Source of the DNA: Phoronis australis
Taxonomy: Eukaryota; Animalia; Phoronida
Assembly: GCA_002633005.1 (NCBI GenBank)
Contig: NMRA01000001.1
Location: 438,625-502,624 of the forward strand
Reading direction: 5' to 3'
DNA length: 64,000 bases
Under the pieces are notes generated by a model. That model did not search any database. It saw nothing but the letters and a program-made list of their open reading frames with translations, and was not told the origin of the DNA. Each line of letters starts with the position of its first letter. The stretch's first letter is position 1. The translations under genes and the position numbers were made by a program. Shown here piece after piece: positions 1-11,600 of this stretch.

Positions 1-2480
1 AATAGGTTAGTGTTATTCTAGTCAAGTCACATGTTGGAAGAAAAAATAACATAACAATCTAATTTTGGGTGACTTCCTTGGAAAAACACACGCTACTATG
101 ACCGCGAACAAACTAATATGTCAACGCCAATGCGAGGTTGTAAGCAATGCTTTTAAATTGTCTACATGGATCTAAATTTATACGGGATCCTTTGTCAGGT
201 CTAATGTATTCACTTGAAACCTTCGAAATGAGTTTGTAAACTCCTGAGATTGGTGCTTTTAGGGCACATGTCAGAAACGACAACTACCATAGCTAGACCA
301 ATATGTCTTCATTGAATCAGAGTCAAATATAAATTAAAATTTAAATTGAAATTATACAAATTAAAAGGATTTTGTATATTAGCAATCACAAGTGTAATGA
401 AACTTGGCTCACATATGTCAACATTAGCTCCGTCCTGACTTAATTTATTTTTAATTTTGAATAATGAAAACAAATATTTCTAAAAACAACTTAAATTTGT
501 TACCAAGCTCTAACAAAATTCTTACAACTCGGTGTCTACATTATATTGCAATTTTAGAAGAGTTAAACAAAAAGGAAATTGAGTCCTGTCAATGCAGGAT
601 CATTAAATAAAATCATCACTAAAACCTCAAACTCAACAAGACTTTTCAATGACAAAAGTGTTCACCAAATATTATTTACAAGAATCACATTTCTAAACAA
701 TATCACGACACATATATTCATTTGATTAACTTCACATTTAAAACAGTTTTTGTTGCCACGCAATCTGCAGTCTGTAATTTCCTAACAGAACACTATATGC
801 TAATCTGTACAAACACTTTGGCTGGCTCTTTTTTTAAATAAAGGTACATAGGTAATGGGAAGACTATATCTTTGAGGGGGTATTCCAAATAGACTTTCAA
901 ATACGAAGACCCTGTTACAGGGCCTGGTTAACAAAGAAGGTATTCACCTGGGAACAATCCCAGGTAAACAATCCGGGTAAACACCTGTGCTAAGAGAGGT
1001 ATAGGCTATTGACAGACCTATTAGCTAGCCCTATGCAAGTGCCTTAGCGCTTTTGTTGCCTATTTCAACATAATTAAGCTCAATGTGGCAGGGTTGCCTG
1101 TTTGTAGCAACGCCTGATATTTATTTGAGCTGTTAGTAACTTGGAAGTGGATTAGCAGGTCAAATGACCAACCTTGAGTCTCTAACACAATTGTATTGAC
1201 ATAATAGTCGTTTGACTATTCACCGTGATGCGAGACACAGAGTGCATTGCCCAACGCTCATCTTTTAGAGAAACGTAGGAAAGCTACTTCGGTGGAATGC
1301 ATAAAATTCTGACATGCTGACCACCAGAGCAGCGGCACAATTTAAAGATACACAAGACAAGTTCTTGGAGACAAGAAAAGTAGACCACTGGTGGCACAAT
1401 CATAATTTAAAGTTACACAAGTCGAGTTCCTGGAAAGTAACCCGCGACACGTGATTACAATGAAATCAGGTGCCTAATCGCTCACTGTGGGTGGCATACA
1501 ATAAAAATTTGCGCAAGTCAGATTCAACTGAGTCAAGAGACTATCCACAAAAACACGCTCACATTTACGAAAATAAACTAAGCGTGTTTTGAAAAAAATA
1601 TACCAATCTGAGAGTGCTGCAATATCCAGCTGTTATGGTGAACTATGGCTTTCATACAGCACAGAGACGTAGTCGCTGCATGGCTGCATGACAACAAAGC
1701 GTTAACTATTTATTCCTTTTGCCTAATAGTGACATATTCAACACCATTTAATGCACTACGAACCATGTTCTGAAGACAAAACATCAACTTTTTCTCAGGT
1801 GTATTTGGCCGTCCAAAACAAAGCCATCGCATTCTTATCCTTTGTTTGAACTTAAGTGATAAAAGCCCCCAAGTGTCTTGGTGATTGAAAGTAACTCGCT
1901 ATGACAAACAACTTAACTTAATGAGCTCAATCTGAAGCATGACCTATGACCTGTCAATCATCTCAAACCTAGAAATCATTTTAATCTGAGGAAGAAACCA
2001 AGACAAGACTGATTTCATAAGAGTGATTTTGACACAAATCACCGGCTCACTGGTTGCAAGCTAGACCTGAGGCTTTTCCACATAATCTGCATTTCCTCAA
2101 AGCAATCCTAAACAAACCATGATTTCATGTTAGGGTGCACGTAGTAGGTGAGCTTGGATAAAGTTGTTACAAAATTATATTCAGAAGATTTTATAAAATC
2201 AAAGTTAATAATAAAAAATGTTACAACCTCCATGATTATGAAAATCTAAATTTCGCTGAAATTGCTCAAAAAAGACTAAATCTACATTAAAAATTGTTTA
2301 AGAGATGTGAATTAAATAAAATAATATATTTCTAACTATGTCTAGAATAACTAGACTACAATGTTACTGGCACTACAAAAACAATGTGCTAAAACAGCAA
2401 AGTTCAAAACATTTCATTAGTGTGTGTATTAGTCAGGTGAGGCTATAACAAAGCTTGGCAAGACGTCTACGTCTGATTAC

Positions 2481-2606
2481 CATTTGGCTGCTAGTTTCAG
2501 CCTGCGAGTTTTCCGTGACCGATTTAGTCAGAGAAACCTGTGACGATTTCTCCTTAAGTTTCTCGGCTTTTCGTTTCTCCTCATTTTGAGCCTCGTCCTT
2601 CAAAGT
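2481..2606 (-). CDS. Nav2: Nav coding exon 9 (start of I-II linker: [42 protein letters not shown])
   Basis: Acceptor CTTTTGTTGTTAG|ACT, donor ATG|GTAATC; open, E/K-rich as expected right after DI S6; the 3' boundary is less certain. Confidence 0.8.
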
Positions 2607-5600
2607 CTAACAACAAAAGAGCATCTGGCGTAACAGAAATGAACAGAAAAGCCCATTTGGCTACTAGGTGTTGCTACTGAAGTGGGCAGGACATCAAAAC
2701 GAAGAAAACAAAGGTAAACATTGGGTAAAGATCAAAAGGTTCACTGTGGAAGAGACTGTGTCCATGCGTACTCTCAAACCCAAAATTCATAGGTAGATCT
2801 AAGCACAAGGGCTTATTTCATCCCAGACCATCTTTCAAACACTAAGGTAATGTGAGAAAGGTATATCAACAACCATTTACTGCAATTGGAAAGTCAAGGA
2901 GGTGACAGAAAATGAACAGGTAGTGATTGATAAGCGTGTGAGACAGTGGCTAGCTAGGATCATTAAATCCAACAATGTGCCTCCCAAGTGTATACTTTTT
3001 GAATGGTCGTTAGGCTACCTCTTTTTCTGCATGACAAGTATTAATGTTCAAACGCAGAGATAAGCTCCTGAGGATTAAAGAAATCTCCCAGAATGCTCGA
3101 GCGTAATTTGAAAGTATTATGGATCACCGTCGCTTTCACAGTTTGTGTTTTACATAAGTACGAGACAATAGTGAAGTCAAGACCACCAGTACTTTGATTG
3201 GATTTGGCAGTATTTGTGCTTGGACAGTTACTCTAATCGATGTCTGCTTTCTCTGCAATTCGCAATCTTTAAAGCAGCATTGATTTTGTTGAAAGGGTGT
3301 CGTACAGTGGTCGACATGTACATGGAATAAGCTGACCAAATTCTCTTTCCATTCATGACTCGGTAAATAATCAATCATGTGGGGTCACTACCCGCCTGAT
3401 GGTGTCAGTCTCGCAATGCACTCAGACATCACCACGCAGAACTCCAAGTCATTTCGTAAAGATTATATTCTCTGCCTACCATACATCAACTTGGAAACAA
3501 GACTCAATCAAAACACTGGTGTTATCGACTGCTCACAACACTGGGAGAGTGCGTGTTGCAACATTTGACAGATTTCACGAAACACACCATCTGCTTGTGA
3601 AGGGCGACTGATGAGTCACCCAGGAAATAAAACCGCTGAGAGAATTATAGGGATCTAAGGACAATTCTTCAATTATCGTGATAATAATGAGCTCATAATC
3701 CACTAGGTGGCGCTGGAGATTCAATCAAACAGTCGTGCGTGTGATAAATGGATGGATTCTGGTAGTCATACACATTTTTAACCCATAAATATCCCCACAG
3801 TGGTTAAGAGCTCTGCGTTGTCAATCACTGGATGGTAAAACAAGAACCCATTCCTCATTAGCAACGCCACCTAGTGAGACCTTGGTAAGATGAAATAAAA
3901 CATTAAACAAAAAACGCATGTGATAGGAAGAACATGTAAAAAAGAGAAAAAAGTTGGAGCATTTTTTCTGATTCACTTTTTCTGTAGAATTTGTGGCATA
4001 TGAATACACTGAGTAACCTCTTTACCTTGTCAGTGTTGTCTGCCTCTTCATCGTAGGACATAGCGACGACAGCCAGCATTAAGTTGACTAGATAGAACGA
4101 CCCAAAAAATACGACCATCATAAAAAATAAAATATTCCACGGACCACTGGCGAAGATAATCTGAAAAAAGGGTAAAGAACAACTTAACACAGTCTTAAAG
4201 TTTACAAAGACACGTCAATAAGAACCTCATCCAGTCGTTTTTAGGTATATGTAGGTACAATTTCATCAAAGTTATCACGCGTTTTCAAAATTATAGCATT
4301 TTAATTAAAATCAATTGTCAATCAGAAAAGAATAAGATGATATTGATCACAGTTCCAAAACTTTACTCCTTCTGGCGAGAAAACATGTCTGTAAAAACAA
4401 CTGCATTTTCAAAATACTTTGATAAAAAAAACAACACTTCCTACGTGTCCATATAAGAACAAAAGCTGTCCTGACATGTCCATATAAGGGCAGAAGGTTG
4501 TCCCTAAATGTCCTTATAAGGGAAGAAGGCAGTCTCTCAATAGCCGTATAATAGAAGGCAGTCTCTAAATGGCCATAATGGGTGACAGGCTGTTACTTTT
4601 CCTACCTTATTATATTGGTCCTCCCAGAAGTCAAGTGTCACCAGCTGACATATGGACAACATGGCCCAGGCAAAGTTGTCGTAACTTGTGTAACCATTGT
4701 TGGGATTCTCACCGGCCTGAAGGCATGTATAGTTGGCAGGACATCGTCTGTGAGAGAGAGACAGAGAGATATGATATGTAATTGATACACAATATACATG
4801 TATGGTTGGCAGGGCATCGTCTGTGAGAGAGAGACAAAGAGATATGATATGTAATTGATACACAGTAAGATACAATTACCAAAAGTTGGATATACACAGC
4901 TATAGATCCTCAAAGTCACTTCATTAAGCACCACCGGAGTAGACAATACAGTGCAGTAAAAATAAGCAATTATAGAGAATATAAGAAAGGTTATTATTGC
5001 ACACTAATCATACATTGGGAATACGTTGAAAGACTGACACATGGAATCAACAGCATCAGTACTTCAAAAATTTAAATAAACCTGGCACCTAAGTAACGAT
5101 AAAGGAATGCTATAGATATCAACACCCAGCAGAATACAACAAGATGAACAAACTGTTGATGTGTATTAAGTGCTATAATGACACAAGACGCCCCAGTCAA
5201 ATATGCAGCAATGGATAATAACGATATTATATGAATTTATTATGAGTTTTATCCGTGTCTTCGTAAAGGTGTGATCATATTTCTTTATCAATGGTAGTCA
5301 AGTGACACGCTCCATTTTCACTAATCATTCAGTCCAATGCCTGCATCAGTCATGAGTTTGCTGGCGTTTTCTGCAAGCTTGTATCGATTACTTCTTGTTA
5401 TGATAAATAGCATAAACCTCAACAGAATTATTTCCCTGCAAACTATCCCAAAAACCTTCTCCAACAAATATTGATCAAATTTTATGGTGCCCTTCTTGAA
5501 AACTAAAGAATGATGTATTTGCATGCTAGCTATGCTAATGTGTAGCAGGAACTAAACAACAATGCCTATTTTTACATAATCTATACTAAACAAAGCACAG

Positions 5601-8600
5601 TTGTAGTCAGAGATAATGAATTAGCCTGCAAGTTCCACTTTACATAGGTCTGTCTCCATGATTTCTCAGCTGTGTTTCACTAACTTCAGACACGCTTCAC
5701 ATTTGTTCTTACACAGACATTTCCTCGTTAATCCCAACTAAAAACTTACATAGAGCCCGATGCGTTGCCACAAATGATGGCTTCTCCGTCTCCATTGAGT
5801 AGATAGTTACCTGAAATTGACCATAAAAATACACTACAGAACTCCCCTTAAAGTTGTATTGCATGCTGCTTAGGTAGTATGACTAATACCTTGTGACATC
5901 CACAGTGTTAACACACAATGGCAACTGTTGAATGTTTTCATTTAATTTTGCAAAATGTCACAAAAATCACGAAACGGTAAGTTGTGAAATAAAACAAGTT
6001 AACACAGTGCAATCGAAATTAGGGCTTATGCCACTTAATTCTCATTTTCTCATTTTTATTTTGAAGTTGGACACAATTTACTTGCCTATTATGCAAGATT
6101 TCTTTAACCCCTAACACCAACATCAAAAACAACGAACATCAATGACATCACAATGTGAGCAAGTCCTCTCCAGTTTAGCTGGCAATGAGCAAATACTACA
6201 CAACTTGACTAAAAGTTAATCTTATTGCCTAACTCCTTCACTAAAAGTCTTGTTACCTTTAAATTACGGACAACTGTGTCTCACCAAAAACCATAATAAA
6301 GCTATTGTCGAGGATAGATTTAACTCAACTGCGGATACAAAAACATAATTTCTTAAGGATTCACACAATATATTGGTGGAATCTCTTCAAGGGCTTAGGA
6401 TTAACATGGCTTCATTAAGACTTCCACACTCTTTGAACTTACTCTATGCTATAACTGTCTCTATCATCTAAAGGTACTGTTCACAAGCAGTCATTTTCCT
6501 TTGTCTGCACAAAAACAGAAACAGAAGACACGTCTATTGTTCCATCAACATTATCATAATGCATATGTAGTGACGTGTCATGACACATTTATTTACTCGC
6601 AGCTATGTTGTCTTACTTGAGTCATTTATCCAGGCTGCATACTGGGCATGTAAATGTGACGAGTTGTCTATGAAGATGGGCCACGGATCTTTGACGCACT
6701 TCTGACGGAGGGCGCCCATGTAGACTTGGAGGGCAAGCAACGCGAATATCATCATGACGAATATGGTGAGCAACATAACCTCGGCAAGCATACGGAATGA
6801 CTTTAACAAAGCACCGATGATGGTTTTCAGGCCTGCAAAACAAAAGTTTATAAGTCGGCTCAAGTTCAACTTTTGAAAAAGTTCTTCGGGTGAAGACGTC
6901 GTTAAATTTGTCGACAAAAATAGCAAACAAGAATGTTTTTCTCAGTTGCTTGCGGACATTGAAATGTATTGTTTGCAGCTCTTATAAAAATGACATTTGT
7001 CACAGTCTACAGGAAACTAAGCCTTTACATCAATAAGAAATTAAGACTTTAAGATTTGATAAATGTCACGTTTAGCAATTCGTTTTTGTTCCAATTTGAA
7101 GATTTGTTACCAAAGCTCTGTCAAAAAACTAACAAAACAAACTTTTTGGAAATCAACACTACACTGTCTGCTCACTATTGGCTCGTAGCATACTCTAAAA
7201 AACCTTCTATGTAACTTTTGGTGACAATTCTCCGTTGGTTGCACCTAAAATTTCTCACAATAAGAATCCATTATCCACAGCACTTACCTGGAAAGATGGA
7301 GACAGCCTTCAATGCCCGAAACACCCTGAACGCGCGTATACCAGAGAGCGCGGGCCCACCTTCTGCTACGGCGTCCATTATCTCGGTGACATAGCTGAAA
7401 TGGAGAGCATGATGACGTCTTAATCACAATCTTTAAAGGAATATTGAACCCGATTTTGATGACTATGGTATTGTGCAACCTCACTAATTTGTAGAGCGCA
7501 ACATGGCTGACAACAAACAAACTGTATAGGAGATGACAAAACGGAATTTTGTTGATGAATGTTTAATACCCAGGGAGTAACAGTGGTGACTTCCTAGGCA
7601 AGTCACTTCATTGGCCAAAAATAGACAAATAGGACCACTGCTTGGCAGTCATAGGTTAAATAGCACATTACATGTATTTTGTGTGTTTACATTATTTGTT
7701 GAAATATTCACATATCTAAGCTCCCTTCTGGTGTCATATAAACTGTGATCTGTTACCCTGAGCATAAGCATATCAACAACACAAAATAAAAATTGAAAGG
7801 TGGGGTTTTCGCTGAATGTGGATGTTAACCACTACAAATATGGAAAAAATTCACCAGTTCATACAGTAAATCTTATTTTGTTCAAGATCCAGGAGCCTGT
7901 ACCAAATGTTAGAAATAAGCAACACTGTCTATTCCAAATTCAAGAATTATGATCGACAAGTGACTATTCAACTTGATCTAACACGCTATGCAGAAGCTTG
8001 AAAACACTCTGCCCTCAGTGTCTATTTTCCGAGACTTTATGAAGTCCATCTTTAGATCGTTGATGTACAACACAGTGCCAAAATATATGGTGAAAAACAA
8101 AATTACCCATGTCTAAATCGTCAAAATCAAGAAAATTTAATTTTGTTGCAAATTTCCTTGAGAGCTTGCTGTGTATAAAAGATAGTCTCAACGGACATTG
8201 CACTCTGTTTGAAGTCTCAAACTAGTCACGCAATCTGCTCTTCTTTTGAAAGCTGCTTCAAGATGAAGCTTTTATTTCTGCGCTAATTCATTCTTCAACA
8301 TAATTCTATCTAGTTGTCTGTGTACTAATGTTCACAGTTATTTGTTTAAGCCTGAATTCCCATTTCCCTTGTGTTGACTGATGATTAAAATGGACATTGT
8401 GGTCCAACAAGACTGTAAACCTCTTATACAAGGCTATTGAAAATTAACGAAGTGAAAATTGAACTAGGAAAATTGTATGCAGCATTCAGTCTTACCTAAT
8501 AGTAGGGAAATGTTGATTCAACAAAATTTCTTTCATTAAATTCATAAATTATATTTGACCAACACAGGTGAACAAACACGTTTTTTTCTGACTTTAATTG

Positions 8601-11600
8601 AGTTTGACAGCGTAACAAAGGCAAATCTTCTCAGTTTACAAGACAGAACTATTTTGCATGCAGATGGCATAATATTTGGAGTAGAAACTTTTTGATCCTG
8701 AAAATGGAAAGTTAAAGCCCAGAGCGCCAAATGTTTCAAGTTGTTTTGACACTAAGATTTAACATTTACGTAACAATGTCTCTTGTGATGAAGTTACGTA
8801 GCACCCTAGAAAAAAATCCAAGTTAGGCATAACATTAGAACACTGGGGCCTGTTCCAAGAAACTGACTTAAGTTCATTTTTGACTTAAGTTTAAGATTTG
8901 TCTTAACTTCTAAACTTTGAAACTTCCACATTCGGTAAGTTTGTCAAAATTAAGACAAAACTTCTGTTAAACACTTAAGTCAACTTAAGATCTCTTTCTT
9001 GAATTGGTTTTGAAATAAATTTAACTTTTATTTTAAAATTTACTAAAATTTAAGATTTGTCTTAGCTAAGTCAGGTTTGTTGGAACGGGTCCCTGCTCTA
9101 ATATGTACCTCAGAAATGGCAGAATGAACTCGTCAAACCTTCAGATACAATGCTTTATTCGTAATTCTCGAAACGGATTTAGGAATTGCTTTTTCATTAT
9201 TTGTTGCGACGTAGTCAGGCTCAGAAAAAATGAAAAATGGCGATTTTAACAATTATTTTTTGCAAAATAAGCAAAGAATTGTCACAGTCAAAAAGAAGTT
9301 ACTTACGAAAGAACGACAACGATGAAGTCAAGCCAGTTCCATCCATCGCGTAAATATGTATACTTGTTTAAGATGAAACCTCTGGCGCAAACTTTGATGA
9401 TGAATTCCAATGAATAAATAACCAGAAAGACGTACCTGCAACAAAGTTGACATAAAGACCACGGTGTTGATGCAATTTTCCAAAAACAACATCATCACTG
9501 CTAGTCTATGCTGTGTCTACATGGATAACATGTCATGTGAACAAAACACCATACACGTCAAAACTTAACACAAATGCGGCAATTAGCTTACTTGTGTATC
9601 ACTTCTACATTATCAGAAACACCTACAGCAGCAATGGAAATTCTTATTGGCTTGTTTCCACTGCACATATACCTCAGTGGTGAAGCTGTACTTGCAGCTT
9701 ACTGTGTGAGGTGTACATGGGCATGGAAGAGTGCGCAAATCATTGGTACTGTAGCATACAAGACCCATGTTAATGTATGCAACAGATTTCTATCAAGAGT
9801 TGGGTCTTCTTTGGCAATGCTTGCGATGACTTCAAATCTTAAACACATCACTATAGAAATTGGTGGTGATCAAGGCATGGTGAATTTCACTGACCAACGG
9901 TCAGTTTGTTATACTGAAGGCTCTAAAACAGGATCAGGAATTTACTTTCCTGACCTTAGAGAATGCACCTGGATATATGACTAGATATTATAACAACAGG
10001 TCGAAATTATCACCATCCATTAGGCTGCTGTACAGACTAAATCAGCATTGGTCAATTCTCGGTAACAAGGAACTCTTTATACTCTCGTATACAGTCAAGC
10101 AGCCATTATAAGGCTCTATCTATGAAGTCTAAAATCAGCTCAAGATGTGTTTTGGCTAGTGTTGATGAGCTCAATCGCTTCACAGCCAAACGTGAAGTAC
10201 ATGTCAACTGGGTCAAAGGTCAGCATTAATGGTAGTGAAGCTAGTGATTACCTTGCCAAACACGGAGCAATTGTACCCTGTTTTGTTCCAAAACCCTGCA
10301 CACCAGTCCTATATAACTATTGCTGGGCAAAGGTACAACAATGGGTTTTTTATAAATTGTCAACGAATGCATGGAGGATTTGGAGGTGCACATACAGACA
10401 AACAACACTTGTGCTTATTCCAGAGGTTCCAAAAGACTCTTATATGTAGACAGACTGGATATTCCACACGTGATTCAAGTAATTAGTGAAACCTGCAACT
10501 TATCTTGGTATGGAAATATCACAGGTCATATGTGGCCTTTTCAAACAGCCCTATGTGTGGCTTAAACGCTCGCACTCTCTAACATTTAGTGGATATTCGT
10601 CCTGTTCATCAGGATTTTTGTAATCTCCTGCCAGATAGACATAAACTTGCCGGATAGAAATGACCAGAACATGAAGGTTCGAACGCAGTTTTCATTTTGG
10701 GAGAAAAACGGTAAGATTACGTAGAAGACTGTACTCAGGAGGAATGCAAAGACATCCCCATGAGTCTTAATCAGATGATTAGTGCAATGAGATCAACTGT
10801 GTGGCCTAAGCACCCCTGGTGTACCGCAGAAGGCACTATAGGCAACCTGCCTATTTTTTTAATCAAATCCACGATTGTCTGGTATCAATTAAAAGTCGAA
10901 AAATAATTTCCACCCGCTTTCGACTTTAGCAAAATGTACACTTCCACAAAGTTCAATGAAGTGTTTCTATAGATATTTGGCTAAATGCTAGTAGAGATTT
11001 GTTGTGGATACGGAAAAGATTAATTTTACTAATAGTCCTCAGTGACAAATCACACATTATTCAACCAGTCTGATAATTACACCCAGGGCAGAATTATTCA
11101 ACAGTCATTCTCCTCTGTGATTATGGCTGTCTATCAACTCTTATCGATTTCATAGCAGGAAAATAGNCTTTCGACTTTAGCAAAATGTACACTTCCACAA
11201 AGTTCAATGAAGTGTTTCTATAGATATTTGGCTAAATGCTAGTAGAGATTTGTTGTGGATATGGAAAAGATTAATTTTACTAATAGTCCTCAGTGACAAA
11301 TCACACATTATTCAACCAGTCTGATAATTACACCCAGGGCAGAATTATTCAACAGTCATTCTCCTCTGTGATTATGGCTGTCTATCAACTCTTATCGATT
11401 TCATAGCAGGAAAATAGCTGGGCCAAGAGTAAGGCTTCTTCCTATTGACACAACTCTACATGGCTTTGTATTTGGTTGAACAGTAACACAACAGGGGAAA
11501 CAATGCAATCAGCAGTGCCAGCTTTGTCCACAAGAGTGGCTGACAAATGATTACATGAAGCTGGCACAGGAGGGGGTGCGAGGAAATGGTGTGGGGATAA

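Noticed and set aside
2433-2481. Read-through of exon 9 giving a single-domain (6-TM) truncated channel
   Set aside because: A usable donor exists at 2481 and a stop after intron read-through is expected by chance; no independent support.
3575-3635. Hammerhead ribozyme (CTGATGAG with nearby GAAA)
   Set aside because: No stem II between CUGAUGA and GAAA and no compatible stem III or cleavage triplet.
3821-3880. Alternative exon [11 protein letters not shown] in intron 8
   Set aside because: AAG acceptor and only a very weak donor (GTTCTT); no channel homology.
6833-9306. Mutually exclusive duplicate of the DI S3-S4 exon (like vertebrate 5A/5N)
   Set aside because: No second S4-like exon found by eye in the flanking introns.
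10917-11417. Near-perfect 250-bp tandem duplication as a biological event
   Set aside because: Copies are separated by exactly one N and differ by one base, typical of unmerged overlapping contig ends from two haplotypes.
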